Part shown: positions 29,528 to 40,140 of the stretch, in pieces | Layout of the letters: each line of letters begins with the position of its first letter | How positions within the stretch are numbered: the first letter of the stretch is position 1 | Virus record (IMG/VR): IMGVR_UViG_3300028886_000029 | Span: 206,007 to 270,006 of that record | Reading direction: 5' to 3' (one strand) | DNA length: 64,000 nt | Origin: a virus | Taxonomy: Duplodnaviria; Heunggongvirae; Uroviricota; Caudoviricetes | Made by a program: the position numbers and the translations under genes | Notes under the pieces: generated by a model | Told to the model about the DNA's origin: nothing | Seen by the model: only the letters and a program-made list of their open reading frames with translations | Databases searched by the model: none

Positions 29528-31434
29528 TGAAAGTTGATTATAACAGGTTGGCAGGAAGAATTGGTGCGATGCAAACACTCATAGAGAATTTCCCTATGGG
29601 TATTTTTTCCACATATGGTGACTCATACCAATCTCCGATTGATTTCATTTTATATGTCTTGAAATTACTTGGTCTTGATGAGATAACATTGACCAACAAC
29701 ATAATTGATTTATTTTTCAATGTGCCTAATGCTGTGGAGATTTATAAAGGTATGAACAACGCCTTTGTTTATAAAAAACTAAAAAATCCTACAGACTACC
29801 AAAAAGAAAACGCTGTCAGAGACGGTGTTATTCCTGAAGCGACAATCGCATCACCTGACTATATTCTTTACGATGGGGAATATTATTATAAAACAACAAA
29901 AATTGCCCATGACCCACAAAGTGAATTTTTAACTGGTCTTGAAAACAATGTTAAAACAATTTTGATGAATATACTGACAAGTATATTATCATGCTCATTA
30001 TTACCTAATATAGAGGAATATAACCTGGACAGTAATAATAATGAAATAACATCACCAATTGAAATACCATTAAAATACATTGACACATCAGGTTTGTTAA
30101 ATATTTGTCCTACAACAGACATCGGTCAAAATTTTTATTCGGTTGATGCCGACATGACACCCAACACATTATACAAAACGCAAGATTTAAACGCTTTTCT
30201 TTGGTATGTCTTGAACAGGGGAACACAAATAACACAAAATGAAAAAAATAAACTGATGTGGGACAGTAGATTGGTTGAACAAACAGATGCTGACTACATA
30301 AGAGATACATCAGAAAAATGGAACTATTGGTACAACAGTAAAACCACCAACATTGAAGGTGGGAATTGGAAATTGTTACCCTCAGGTTTTACGGACAACA
30401 ATATTGACGCACCACTTCATCCTATATTACAATTTTATGTCAACGGTGTTGATGGAGAAAAATCAATCAGTCTTTTGTTCCCAAGACAAACATATGAAAA
30501 CAAAACCATTTTTGATTTCAATAACGATTATCTGAAAAACATAAAGATATTCTCACCAAGGGTTATTATTTCCAATATGATTAATGAATTATTAAGTGGC
30601 AATGTACTTGGCACACTAAATGTTAGTTTAAAGTACAGTATAGAGGAAAACATACTTGACGCACAAATTAACGAAATAATCAAAAGGGCACTTGAACAAG
30701 ATGATGTTAAAATTTCAGATTGTTTTTTCAGTTTCTCCAATGACGATTACAACACTATGTTGGAACAAATGGAAATGGAACGATATGGTGGTAAAGAATT
30801 GAACAGTGAGACATCACCGGTAATGAAAATAGATGAGGACTTCGGTCTTAACGCACTTAACCAAATTAATTCCACCGCCACCATCAATGAAAAAATAGCG
30901 ACAATAACCAAAACTGTTTTTGATATTTCAGCAATACCAGGAAAAGATGCCGCAGTTGAAATATCGGACAAATGGATGTTGAACTATAATTGTGAGTGGT
31001 TGAACAATATTGTCTTTTCTATCGTAAGACCTTTGGTTAAATCACTTTTGTCCCCTAAAGTCATGTTACTTTTTATGATTAATTTCAGCGTCATGGGACT
31101 AATCAATCTTGAGGACATCAAAAGTTTTAGACAGATATTACTTGTTTTGTATAGAAAAATAATGGGAACGATTATCTCAATTGTACAATACATAAAATAT
31201 GAGTTAATATCATATCTAATTAACCTATATTACAAGTTACTTGAGCCGATAATCGCAAAATACATTGCTATTATAGGCATTGAAAAAATAAATTACTGGA
31301 GAACACTACTACTTGAAGCAAGACTATGTTTACCGACATTTAAAAGAACAAAAGTTTTGACTGAAATTGATGATGTGAATTATGCGGATATAACACAAAC
31401 AAGTAATGTTCCAGAAAGCACAGAAACATGTTAA
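29527..31434 (+). CDS. Putative baseplate/tail structural protein
   Basis: 635 aa; in a late operon leading to the spike gene. Function from context only. Confidence 0.45.
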   Translation: MKVDYNRLAGRIGAMQTLIENFPMGIFSTYGDSYQSPIDFILYVLKLLGLDEITLTNNIIDLFFNVPNAVEIYKGMNNAFVYKKLKNPTDYQKENAVRDGVIPEATIASPDYILYDGEYYYKTTKIAHDPQSEFLTGLENNVKTILMNILTSILSCSLLPNIEEYNLDSNNNEITSPIEIPLKYIDTSGLLNICPTTDIGQNFYSVDADMTPNTLYKTQDLNAFLWYVLNRGTQITQNEKNKLMWDSRLVEQTDADYIRDTSEKWNYWYNSKTTNIEGGNWKLLPSGFTDNNIDAPLHPILQFYVNGVDGEKSISLLFPRQTYENKTIFDFNNDYLKNIKIFSPRVIISNMINELLSGNVLGTLNVSLKYSIEENILDAQINEIIKRALEQDDVKISDCFFSFSNDDYNTMLEQMEMERYGGKELNSETSPVMKIDEDFGLNALNQINSTATINEKIATITKTVFDISAIPGKDAAVEISDKWMLNYNCEWLNNIVFSIVRPLVKSLLSPKVMLLFMINFSVMGLINLEDIKSFRQILLVLYRKIMGTIISIVQYIKYELISYLINLYYKLLEPIIAKYIAIIGIEKINYWRTLLLEARLCLPTFKRTKVLTEIDDVNYADITQTSNVPESTETC

Positions 31435-31436
31435 AA

Positions 31437-31832
31437 ATGGCTATGTTTGACAAAATAATTGACTTGATGAATTCAGTCATAGATAAAATGAAGACACCTG
31501 CTGAGACACTTCCGACTTTATTATTACAGGCTGTCGCCATACAAAGACCTGGTTTATCTCCTTCAAAAATCACGGCTAACGTGATTAGTAACAATAATAC
31601 CATTGGTATCCCCACAGGAACAAATCCTGATGGCTCACCAAACAAAATAAATGAGTACACATACAATGTGGTCAAATGTATTGTTGACGCGATTAAGGAA
31701 GACGCTGTTGTGCAAGTGGCTATACCAAGTGGAAGTATTGTCGTTGAAACTACTGGTGCGAACGCAGGTGGACCATTGGTTGGGACAGGGACAAATATAA
31801 TAAACACAACAGTTAAAGGTATTATAAGATAA
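31437..31832 (+). CDS. Putative baseplate-associated protein
   Basis: Gly-rich beta C-terminus (TGANAGGPLVGTG); context next to spike; start uncertain (31428/31437/31443). Confidence 0.45.
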   Translation: MAMFDKIIDLMNSVIDKMKTPAETLPTLLLQAVAIQRPGLSPSKITANVISNNNTIGIPTGTNPDGSPNKINEYTYNVVKCIVDAIKEDAVVQVAIPSGSIVVETTGANAGGPLVGTGTNIINTTVKGIIR

Positions 31833-32020
31833 TGGGAAAAAAAGACATTAAAACACTCACTAACGGTGAACTTAATATTTACAAAGTCGAATTAACCAAC
31901 AAATATGAGGTTCTGAAAAAAGATATTAAGAAACTATGTGATGAGATGGATTCCTTGGACAATGAATATAATAAGGTTGTTGAGGAAATGAATAAAAGAA
32001 GTAAAAACATTTTTAAATAA
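31832..32020 (+). CDS. Small coiled-coil hypothetical protein
   Basis: 62 aa, TAATG overlaps on both sides. Confidence 0.7.
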   Translation: MGKKDIKTLTNGELNIYKVELTNKYEVLKKDIKKLCDEMDSLDNEYNKVVEEMNKRSKNIFK

Positions 32021-32880
32021 TGGCACAAGAAATTCCACTTATTAGACAGGCTAAGGTTATTAGTGTTGACGATAAGACAGACGGTGACAGGATAAAAGTG
32101 ATGCTCATACCGGAGGATGTGGGTGAGACTGTTAATGAGTATGTATATCCATTATTACCTAAAATGTTACATATAAAACCAAAAATCGGTGAATCTGTTT
32201 ATGTGCTAACCGCCATAGCAACTGATGGCCATAGCCAAAGATTTTATATCGGTCCTATAATCACACAACCCACACACATGGAATATGAACCGTATTATAT
32301 GGACGCAAGCGCGTTAAATAGAGGTTCAATAGTAAAACCTGATGAAGCACCATCAATGAATCCCAACACAAATGGTGCATTTCCAAAAGAGAATGATATT
32401 TCCATTGAAGGTAGAAAAAACACAAGCATACAACTTACCGATAACGATGTAAGGATTAAAGCGGGTGTTAAAGTAAGTGACAAGACAAGTCCAAGAAAAG
32501 TCACATTTAATAGAAAAAATCCAGCTTATATTAAAGCGAAATACAACGAACAAACACAAACAACCAATGACGGACAGGAATACCAAAGTAGTGTGGCGAT
32601 TGTTGGGGACAAAATCAACCTTATTGGAAACAACGCAGGTTTTAAAACCACTGACCCAGATGAACTGATTTCTGATGAGGAAATGAAAAAAATTGTGGAA
32701 AAGGCACACCAATTACCATACGGTGATATATTGGTTGAGTTCCTTACCCTTTTTAGAAACGCCTTTCTTACACATACACATTCATATATCGGTTTACCGA
32801 CATGTCCTGACGCATCAGTTGTTAATGTGATGAATTATGACTTGTCAAAAATGCTATCTGACGATGTAAGAACAACATAA
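32020..32880 (+). CDS. Baseplate central spike/hub (gp5/gpV-like)
   Basis: N-terminal OB-fold pattern AKVISVDD...RIKV...PLLP...PKIGESVYV; C-terminal HTH (HxH) metal-binding apex motif. Confidence 0.75.
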   Translation: MAQEIPLIRQAKVISVDDKTDGDRIKVMLIPEDVGETVNEYVYPLLPKMLHIKPKIGESVYVLTAIATDGHSQRFYIGPIITQPTHMEYEPYYMDASALNRGSIVKPDEAPSMNPNTNGAFPKENDISIEGRKNTSIQLTDNDVRIKAGVKVSDKTSPRKVTFNRKNPAYIKAKYNEQTQTTNDGQEYQSSVAIVGDKINLIGNNAGFKTTDPDELISDEEMKKIVEKAHQLPYGDILVEFLTLFRNAFLTHTHSYIGLPTCPDASVVNVMNYDLSKMLSDDVRTT

Positions 32881-32911
32881 TAAAAGTCCACTTTTTAGTG
32901 GACTTTTATTA
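32878..32911. terminator. Bidirectional terminator
   Basis: TAATAAAAGTCCACT-TTTT-AGTGGACTTTTATTA between convergent stop codons. Confidence 0.85.
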
Positions 32912-34417
32912 TTCATATCTTTCTGTTACATCACTTATGATTGTAAATCTTAAAGCGTTTCTATAGTATTTTTCCTCTCTTCCTGTTCTTACTCTAATAT
33001 CAATATAATAATTATTGGGAACCAAATCTTCGGTATATACCATGAAAAAGTTGTGTAAAAATCCCTTTTCAATGGGCGTATAATCAATCACATCCACTTC
33101 CCTTGTACCATCCATAACATATAGTCTATATTCAGCGGAATCAATCAACTCCATTTTTTCACTTTCAAACTCTTTTCTGAAGTCAACTGTTACCTCCCTA
33201 ATATCACCCCTGCGGATTTTTTCAGCATCATTTATGCCATACAAACTTGGTACAAAACTTTTCCTCACATCAAAATGCTTACCTGTGTGAATATATTTTC
33301 CTAATGGATGAATTTCAAATTCCATTTCAACATCGTCCAATTTTTGACCATTATAAGCCAAATTAGACCATAAATCATAACCAATGGTTCCACCCTCCAT
33401 CTCCATGTCTTCTGTTGAAATTTGAGTGAAATATACCCCTTTTTGGGCTTGTTTCACTTCAAAAGGTACATCATTAATTGAACATGTGGGCAACTCATCC
33501 AAATTTTCAGGAAAACCGTTAATTGTTGAATACAGATAAAGTCTATTCTGTTTACCTATACAGAAATTTTCCCTGTCATCTGATATTGTTTCGGAATAAA
33601 CACACTCCACATACGGATGGAAAAAAGTGTTAGTGTTATTAGTGAAAAAACCGACATACTGTGGTATTTTTGTCTCGGTTTTTTCCAACTGAGGCACAAA
33701 CATTAGTCCAATACCATAATTACAATCACCATTGATTATGCTCATTACATAACTGGTTATGTCCATTGAGAGGTTTTCATTACCGAAATCAAAATGTTGT
33801 TTGTTAATGATTATTGATTCCTCACCATCCCTATACTTTTTATATTGCTCTTCCAAATATTCTTTTGAATAAACACCACCATCAAGATATATTTTTTTTC
33901 TTATACCATCCTCAAGTACCCAAATGTGGTCATTAATTAGGTTAAGGTTAGGATTATTCAAATCAATTTTATCCTCATCCACTTGCCATACTTTACCGTC
34001 TTGTGAAAAATACCAGTTAGAAGCGTGATTATCAAAAGACCTGTTATTGTTAATCCAAAAATCCGCCACAAAATCAAAACCTCTACCCTCATCAAAGAAA
34101 AACGGTAATTTAAATGCTATAATATCAAAAGAAGCGGCTCTTTGTTTAACTTCTTTACCTGATAGTAATAATTTGGCGTTAGGATAACCATCAACTGAGA
34201 AACAATTTGTCATTTTTAATGTGAATTTTAATTTGCTTGTGTCGGCGAATGTTTTATCTTCCACAAGAGATTTTATTTCATCACAATCAAAATGAATAAG
34301 CCCCCTTGATATAAATGACCCACCATAATTCAGTTCCATGACAGGATTAAGACCAAGGTTCGCATAAGATTTTTCTACAATTGTATTTACTTTATCTAAA
34401 AAGAAATGTCTTACCAT
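32909..34417 (-). CDS. Putative virion structural protein
   Basis: 502 aa, beta-rich; late motif at 34440. Confidence 0.5.
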   Translation of the reverse strand: MVRHFFLDKVNTIVEKSYANLGLNPVMELNYGGSFISRGLIHFDCDEIKSLVEDKTFADTSKLKFTLKMTNCFSVDGYPNAKLLLSGKEVKQRAASFDIIAFKLPFFFDEGRGFDFVADFWINNNRSFDNHASNWYFSQDGKVWQVDEDKIDLNNPNLNLINDHIWVLEDGIRKKIYLDGGVYSKEYLEEQYKKYRDGEESIIINKQHFDFGNENLSMDITSYVMSIINGDCNYGIGLMFVPQLEKTETKIPQYVGFFTNNTNTFFHPYVECVYSETISDDRENFCIGKQNRLYLYSTINGFPENLDELPTCSINDVPFEVKQAQKGVYFTQISTEDMEMEGGTIGYDLWSNLAYNGQKLDDVEMEFEIHPLGKYIHTGKHFDVRKSFVPSLYGINDAEKIRRGDIREVTVDFRKEFESEKMELIDSAEYRLYVMDGTREVDVIDYTPIEKGFLHNFFMVYTEDLVPNNYYIDIRVRTGREEKYYRNALRFTIISDVTERYE

Positions 34418-34581
34418 AATATTTTTTTCTGTTTTATATATAAATAGTTAGGTTATTAGAAAAGATTTTCTTTTATTTTCTCTGTTTTTTTTATGCATCA
34501 TCAACTATTTATTATCAGTTGAAGGAATTATTTTCTGGCCAGAAAATTTAAAATAGGAAATAATTATCTAAAACTATATAA

Positions 34582-35313
34582 ATGGGAAAAAAGAAAAAAG
34601 AAGTGTCTGCTGTGACAGATACTGTGCTTGAACAATATGTGGATAAGCCTTTAAGGTATAAAATTAATTTAAAGTGTAAAAATCAGAAACAAAAAGAACT
34701 GGTTAACACGATAAAGGACAATCAAATCACTATTGTTGAAGGTGTTTTTGGCGTTGGAAAAACATTCGTTATCAACTCCATAGCATTAGACATGTTAAAA
34801 AATCAAGAAGTAGAAAAAATCATATTAATATTACCCACCTGTTCCAATTCCAGTTTTTCCCTTGGTCATTTACCGGGAACATTAGAAGACAAAATATATA
34901 ATTTCGCTCTCAATGAATTGGATAGTTTTAAAAAGATTCTTGAAAAGTCGGGTAATGAGAATCCAAATCAAATAATAAATAAATTGGTTGAAGACGAAAA
35001 AATAGAAATCAGACCAATATCTTTTTTAAGAGGCGCAAGTCTATCCAACGCCTTTATGTGCGTCTCCGAAGCCGAACAATTTACAAAAGAGGACTTGTTT
35101 TTAATTATTTCAAGGTTTGAATCAGGAAAAATGGTTATATCAGGTGACCCCTTACAAACAGACAGAAAAGAAGTGAGAGGTGGTAATAGTGGCCTTTTAC
35201 ATGCGATGGAAAGACTTACTGACATTGATGGTGTGGGTATTGTTAAGTTTTCTGAAAAAGATATTGTGAGAAACGACATACTTTTAGAAATATATAATAA
35301 ATGGAAAAACTAG
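34582..35313 (+). CDS. phoH: PhoH-family ATPase
   Basis: KN.KQ, GVFGVGKT, LGHLPGTLEDKI, SFLRGASL, EAEQ, SGDPLQTD, SGL, DIVRN. Confidence 0.93.
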   Translation: MGKKKKEVSAVTDTVLEQYVDKPLRYKINLKCKNQKQKELVNTIKDNQITIVEGVFGVGKTFVINSIALDMLKNQEVEKIILILPTCSNSSFSLGHLPGTLEDKIYNFALNELDSFKKILEKSGNENPNQIINKLVEDEKIEIRPISFLRGASLSNAFMCVSEAEQFTKEDLFLIISRFESGKMVISGDPLQTDRKEVRGGNSGLLHAMERLTDIDGVGIVKFSEKDIVRNDILLEIYNKWKN

Positions 35314-35362
35314 TTGCCCAAGATACCTATGTGTGTCCATAAGGTTATGTTATGGTTTTTCG

Positions 35363-35386
35363 CCACCTTAAAAAAGGTGGTTTTTT
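35363..35386 (+). terminator. Intrinsic terminator
   Basis: CCACCTT-AAAA-AAGGTGG followed by T-tract. Confidence 0.75.
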
Positions 35387-35448
35387 CTTGTATTTAACTT
35401 GACTTTTATAATAAAATGTTTTATATTAATATAAAACATTTTATTAAT

Positions 35449-35892
35449 ATGCAAAAGAAAATTACCAGTAATGTAAAGATAGATGTTAAGAACGGAAAAC
35501 TTAATGTTAAAACTGTTGACAAAAAAAGCATGAGTGTGATTTATTTTGAAGGTGGTTTTTATGTTAAACCGAAAACAGAGGACAACTATACATTTCTTTT
35601 TAACAAAATTAAAAAGGAAATGATAAAATACACTAAAGATAACATTGAAAACAGTAAGTATTTTGAAAAAGATTATAGATTTTTCATTGATATTGCTGAC
35701 GAAAGAATCGCGTTCAACAAACCATCATTTCTCACATTCCAATTATATGTCAAACCAACAACTGAAATAATTAACTCAACAAAAAATTTTAAGGAAATGG
35801 TCAAAAAAGTATATTCAGAAAAAGAAATACTTGAAAAATATCAGACTATTTTTGAAAACAATAACTTTACTGTAAGTAAAACCAAATGTTAA
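35449..35892 (+). CDS. Hypothetical protein
   Basis: Start moved to ATG 35449 because a TTGACT-N17-TATATT promoter overlaps the longer ORF start. Confidence 0.7.
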   Translation: MQKKITSNVKIDVKNGKLNVKTVDKKSMSVIYFEGGFYVKPKTEDNYTFLFNKIKKEMIKYTKDNIENSKYFEKDYRFFIDIADERIAFNKPSFLTFQLYVKPTTEIINSTKNFKEMVKKVYSEKEILEKYQTIFENNNFTVSKTKC

Positions 35893-35920
35893 ACTATTTA
35901 TATTAAAATAGTTTTTAATA

Positions 35921-36310
35921 ATGGCACAGGAATTTTATTTGATAAGAGGGAGTGTTAATCCTTGTCTTAGGATGGAATTAATTAACGATGGGAGATATGA
36001 CTATAAAAAGTCTTTTTTTGACAACGCGCTACAAGATAGTATTGTTTTTTTCTCAATGAGAAACGCTGAAACCGGTATATTGAAAATCGCCAAACAAAAA
36101 GCGGAAATAGTTCTTGCCAAATCCGAAGGATGTGAAGAGAAATATATTCTTCAATATAAATGGAAAGAAAGGGAAGTTAAAGAACCAGGAATATATGAAG
36201 GTTGGTTTGAAATAAAATTTAATGGCGACTTAACTCAGGATGGAATAGAATACCCAAAAGGTAATTTGAAAGTACCAATTGAAGAACCACTATTGATTTA
36301 TATTAAATAA
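35921..36310 (+). CDS. Putative virion protein (BppU-N-like beta sandwich)
   Basis: F....G...P.L.MEL...FSM...YKW......PG.YEG.F.I.F...P pattern; late motif upstream. Confidence 0.5.
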   Translation: MAQEFYLIRGSVNPCLRMELINDGRYDYKKSFFDNALQDSIVFFSMRNAETGILKIAKQKAEIVLAKSEGCEEKYILQYKWKEREVKEPGIYEGWFEIKFNGDLTQDGIEYPKGNLKVPIEEPLLIYIK

Positions 36311-36311
36311 G

Positions 36312-36340
36312 AAAAAAGAGAACTATTTTAGTTCTCTTTT
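36312..36340. terminator. Bidirectional terminator
   Basis: AAAAGAGAACTA-TTT-TAGTTCTCTTTT. Confidence 0.85.
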
Positions 36341-36350
36341 ATTATTTTTA

Positions 36351-37049
36351 TTACGCCAATTCAGGGTATTTATTAATTATTCTGTTTCTTAGGTTTTTTA
36401 TTTTACCTTCATAATTTTTATCTTGGGCATATCTTAAACCCTTCTTATTCACAAAATTTCCTGGTGATAACAATTCATCAATTGTTTTGTCCGCAAGATA
36501 ATTATTTTTCATAAGGTTTATGTAAGGTTGTATACTACTATCTTGGTTTGCATATTTACAGACATCTTTTCCATTATCATATGACCCAACCGACCAAACA
36601 CTGTTTGTTCTCCTTGCTCTATTTGTCATACCAAAACAACTTTCTTGATGTGCTTGTGCAAGTAACAACGGTAAATCAAAACCATTCTCATCACAAATAT
36701 CAACAATCTTTTCAGGAGACAACTGTAAATTTTCCATGGAAAACCCCTGGTTTTTCAAGGCTGTCTCAATATATTTTGTCACAGCATCAATTCTTTTTTG
36801 TCTTTGTGTATTAGTACTCAACTCAACACCAACCTCCTTTTTTAAAAAATCTTTTTCTGACCCAGGTAAATTAAGGGCATTTATTGAAAATAAAATAGTG
36901 GAAGCGGCAATACCGGCGGTAAGTGCTGCTTTATATTTTTGAACAAGTTGTTTTAGTGACACTGATTCATCAATCTCACCAATAGCCTCATTTAATGTAT
37001 ACAAATCTTTGACTATATTGAACTGTTCTTCTGTTATGATAAGTCTCAT
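36351..37049 (-). CDS. Leader-bearing glucosaminidase/lysozyme-fold peptidoglycan hydrolase
   Basis: LLLAQAHQESCFG (catalytic Glu), NSVWSVG, YAQDKNYEGKI (GH73-like YAxD..Y..K). Confidence 0.75.
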   Translation of the reverse strand: MRLIITEEQFNIVKDLYTLNEAIGEIDESVSLKQLVQKYKAALTAGIAASTILFSINALNLPGSEKDFLKKEVGVELSTNTQRQKRIDAVTKYIETALKNQGFSMENLQLSPEKIVDICDENGFDLPLLLAQAHQESCFGMTNRARRTNSVWSVGSYDNGKDVCKYANQDSSIQPYINLMKNNYLADKTIDELLSPGNFVNKKGLRYAQDKNYEGKIKNLRNRIINKYPELA

Positions 37050-37984
37050 CCAAATAATTCGGTTATCTCAACAATATTATTTATGTCTTCTGATAATGTT
37101 TCACTGGAATATTTCTTTTTAGCGATTTGTTCATAAATGCCATTAAGCCTTTTAACAGATTCATTATCATTGACCGATATAAAATAATTAACTTTATCAT
37201 TTATCTTGTTAAGACACTCTTTAAGATATTTGTTAAATACAGATTCTGAATCACTTGAAGAAAGTATCTCATTAACAATTTTTCTTTCAGTGTCAGACAA
37301 GTTATTGTACCGCTCATTATAGGATTCAACAAGGTTATCAAAATTAGTGTTAACATCTTTACTCTTACTGAGTACAAGTGAATGTTCTCTTGATTCAATA
37401 TCTTCCCTTATGGTTTTAATTGCAAAACTAAATTCAGGTAGGTTCTTTGTTGTTGACTTGTTCTCAACAACATACTCAATTGCGGCGTTTAAACTTTCCT
37501 TATTTTCAGGAAGAATATTATCTAAACTTTCCTCTTTTTCAGGAAGATTCTTCTTAATGATGTGATATGCCTCATTAAGCACATCCCCTAATTTTTTGAC
37601 ATCCTCCTTAATTGTTTTCTTATTGATATCTTTTTCGGTTGATACCAATGTGTTTATGAAATAATTCACATCCGTATCCTTTCCTGTCCTTCTAACACTT
37701 TCGTAGACACCGTGAAGTATACCAAGATTTTTATTTTCTCTTATTGTTTTTATATATTTCTTGATGATTTTTTTTCCTTCTTTGTTCTCAAACAAATAAG
37801 GTGTGAATTCCTCAAAACAGTTTTTGATGTAGCCGAAAGACGACTCTGAAAGTTGTTTACCAAACTCATTGGTTCTCATTTCAGATAAACGCTCATTAAT
37901 CTCACAATTAATTTTTTCTTGTGCCTCTTTAAGTGTTTTAATGTCTTTAATCTCATTAAAATTTATATTATAATATTTGTCCAT
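37046..37984 (-). CDS. Hypothetical helical protein next to portal, probable head protein
   Basis: 312 aa, many L/I-x-E sites, late motif at 38001; internal 33-bp duplication at 37491-37556. Confidence 0.55.
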   Translation of the reverse strand: MDKYYNINFNEIKDIKTLKEAQEKINCEINERLSEMRTNEFGKQLSESSFGYIKNCFEEFTPYLFENKEGKKIIKKYIKTIRENKNLGILHGVYESVRRTGKDTDVNYFINTLVSTEKDINKKTIKEDVKKLGDVLNEAYHIIKKNLPEKEESLDNILPENKESLNAAIEYVVENKSTTKNLPEFSFAIKTIREDIESREHSLVLSKSKDVNTNFDNLVESYNERYNNLSDTERKIVNEILSSSDSESVFNKYLKECLNKINDKVNYFISVNDNESVKRLNGIYEQIAKKKYSSETLSEDINNIVEITELFG

Positions 37985-38012
37985 ATCTCATTTTTTTCTA
38001 ATAAATAGTTAA

Positions 38013-40088
38013 TTAATCTGTTTTGTCATCATCTAAATCAATAATATCTTCATCATCTATATCTTCTTCATCATTTTTGTCCGGAAGAATGCTATTATCA
38101 AGCACGTTATCAATGTGATTGAGAAGGTTATTTATTTCTTCGGTCAAAAAAACATTTTGTTTTTCAAATGTGTCGTTTTCCTCGACATATTCAGGGTCTG
38201 ACCTCATTGATTTATCCAACATATCAAAATATTGTTCGGTAAATGTTTTAACTTCATTTAGCAATGGTTTATTGCTCCTTCTTGATGATTCCATTGGTGT
38301 GCCGTTATCAGCATTAGGTGCTTGACTCATATCCATCTCAGATTCAGAACCGCCAATATCACCCATATCCTCACTCCCTGCGCTACCCAAAGAGTCCATA
38401 TTTAATGAGCCGCCACCCATCATGTCGCCGCCGCCCATGCCACCTGAGCCACCCATCATATCATCATTTTCACCCTGCTGTTGTTGTGGTTGAGGATTGT
38501 TCATGGCATCATAGTCACCATAAATATTGTCTGTCTCATCAAACATACCAGTTTTTTTAATTATGTTGGCTGTTTGTTGCAATTCAGCTGCCATTGCCTT
38601 TTCAAGCCTAATTTCGTTAAGCATATCCTTAATCTCACCATCAGACATTTTCATGATTTTTTTCAAAACCATGTGTAAAGACATCAAAGGCATACCAATA
38701 CCAGGGTCGGCTAATGCCGCTGTTGCTGTTTGTATTCTCTTTGTTAAGTCCTCCAACTCAAGTGCCTCAATTTGTGCTGACGGATTGTTTAATGATAATG
38801 TGAAATTGGTTATCTCATCGTCAAGTCCAAGGAAATGAAGGTGAACCGCTGCCACTTTGTTTAATTCAAGTAACAGGAATTGTTGGATGGTGTTAACCAT
38901 TCTACAAAACCTTATATCAGTTAATGACATGTTCTGTCCTTTACCCTGTGCGTCTTGGAAATTCAAGAAAGGTCTTGGTATTCTTAACGCTGTAAGGATT
39001 TTGTTTTGCATATAATTGATGTCATCCATTGAAGTTGGGTTTTGTGCGGAGGGCATTGCCTCAATTGATGTAGGCTCATCAGCAGACCTCACAGGTATAA
39101 ACACATCTTGGTCAACCGCAAGGAAGTTTTTACGTAAATCAACTTGCCCTGTCTCTGGGTCAATGATTGGTGTTCGTTTAAAACCATCGGCGATTTGTTG
39201 TATATATGCAGGAACATCCTGATTGTCAATCGCTCCGACATATACCTTATACACCCTTCTCTCAACACTTTTATCAAGCCTGTAAATCAACATGGCATCT
39301 TCCATCATACTCCACATTCTCCAAGCCCTTCTTGCTTTATGAAGTAAACTGGTACCATAAGGCAAAAATAAACTGTCTTTAAGAAGTCTGAAATGCGCTA
39401 CTTGCCAATCTTGATATGCCATTGACTCATTATGACCAACCCAAACAAATTTTGTCTCATCGGGTTTTAAATCATTAACTTGCCCTGGTAACATGCCACT
39501 GTACATGGAAGCATAACCATTCTCTAACCTGTCCATTTCATAAACAGGTAACTGTTTCCATCCCATAACACCTTTACCTGCCACAACATTCAAAAGCATA
39601 TATTGGTTACCGTACTTACACATTGCCCTTGCAATCATAGGTAACATAATGTGTGTCTGAAGATTTTTGTAAAACAAATTCTCCAATATACCTTTTACTC
39701 TCTTTGATTTGGAACTTACTCTCAACATTACACCATCAGAAGAAAAACAAGTCGCTTCCTCAGAGTAAACATCAAGGGCTGAACCGATTTCAGGTGTCGC
39801 GTCCATAAGGTCAGCGTCCCTGAACATAAGTTTAACCGCGTTATAACTTGCAAGACTTTCAAGAGAATTGTCAACGCCTGCTTTCACCCATTGATATGAA
39901 AGTGTTTTCTGTTGCTTATATTGTAACAGTTTTCTTTCATAATCTTCTTTGTCTTTTGTTGTATATAACACCCTGTTTGTCGCTGTCGTCCCAGCTGTAA
40001 CAGGTGTTCTTGTTATGTCATAAGGCACACTGTTACCAAATAACAGTGTACCCATTCTTTGAAATACTGTTGGTCTATTTTCAGCCAT
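38013..40088 (-). CDS. Portal protein (T4 gp20-like)
   Basis: PEIGSALD..SEEA, MMEDAMLIYRL....ERRVYKVYVG, DDINYMQNKILTALRIP, DIRFCRMV..IQ. Confidence 0.95.
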   Translation of the reverse strand: MAENRPTVFQRMGTLLFGNSVPYDITRTPVTAGTTATNRVLYTTKDKEDYERKLLQYKQQKTLSYQWVKAGVDNSLESLASYNAVKLMFRDADLMDATPEIGSALDVYSEEATCFSSDGVMLRVSSKSKRVKGILENLFYKNLQTHIMLPMIARAMCKYGNQYMLLNVVAGKGVMGWKQLPVYEMDRLENGYASMYSGMLPGQVNDLKPDETKFVWVGHNESMAYQDWQVAHFRLLKDSLFLPYGTSLLHKARRAWRMWSMMEDAMLIYRLDKSVERRVYKVYVGAIDNQDVPAYIQQIADGFKRTPIIDPETGQVDLRKNFLAVDQDVFIPVRSADEPTSIEAMPSAQNPTSMDDINYMQNKILTALRIPRPFLNFQDAQGKGQNMSLTDIRFCRMVNTIQQFLLLELNKVAAVHLHFLGLDDEITNFTLSLNNPSAQIEALELEDLTKRIQTATAALADPGIGMPLMSLHMVLKKIMKMSDGEIKDMLNEIRLEKAMAAELQQTANIIKKTGMFDETDNIYGDYDAMNNPQPQQQQGENDDMMGGSGGMGGGDMMGGGSLNMDSLGSAGSEDMGDIGGSESEMDMSQAPNADNGTPMESSRRSNKPLLNEVKTFTEQYFDMLDKSMRSDPEYVEENDTFEKQNVFLTEEINNLLNHIDNVLDNSILPDKNDEEDIDDEDIIDLDDDKTD

Positions 40089-40140
40089 ATAATTTTCTAA
40101 TTTCTTTTAAAATAATTGTTTAAACCCACAAAGTAAATGT

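Noticed and set aside
29760-29900. Resemblance between the sigma insertion and a segment of 29527-31434 (NAV...P.Y...YK)
   Set aside because: Too few identities to distinguish from chance without profile comparison.
32011-35935. 21/24-bp match around two start codons (MAQEI at 32020, MAQEF at 35921)
   Set aside because: It would bracket a core spike gene and genes on both strands, so convergent start context is more likely. It also shows that start-centred repeats can arise by chance, so the two junction duplications need comparative confirmation.
38310-38500. GC-richer Gly/Met/Gln low-complexity patch in the portal gene as foreign DNA
   Set aside because: In frame and typical of the disordered acidic tail of T4-like portals.
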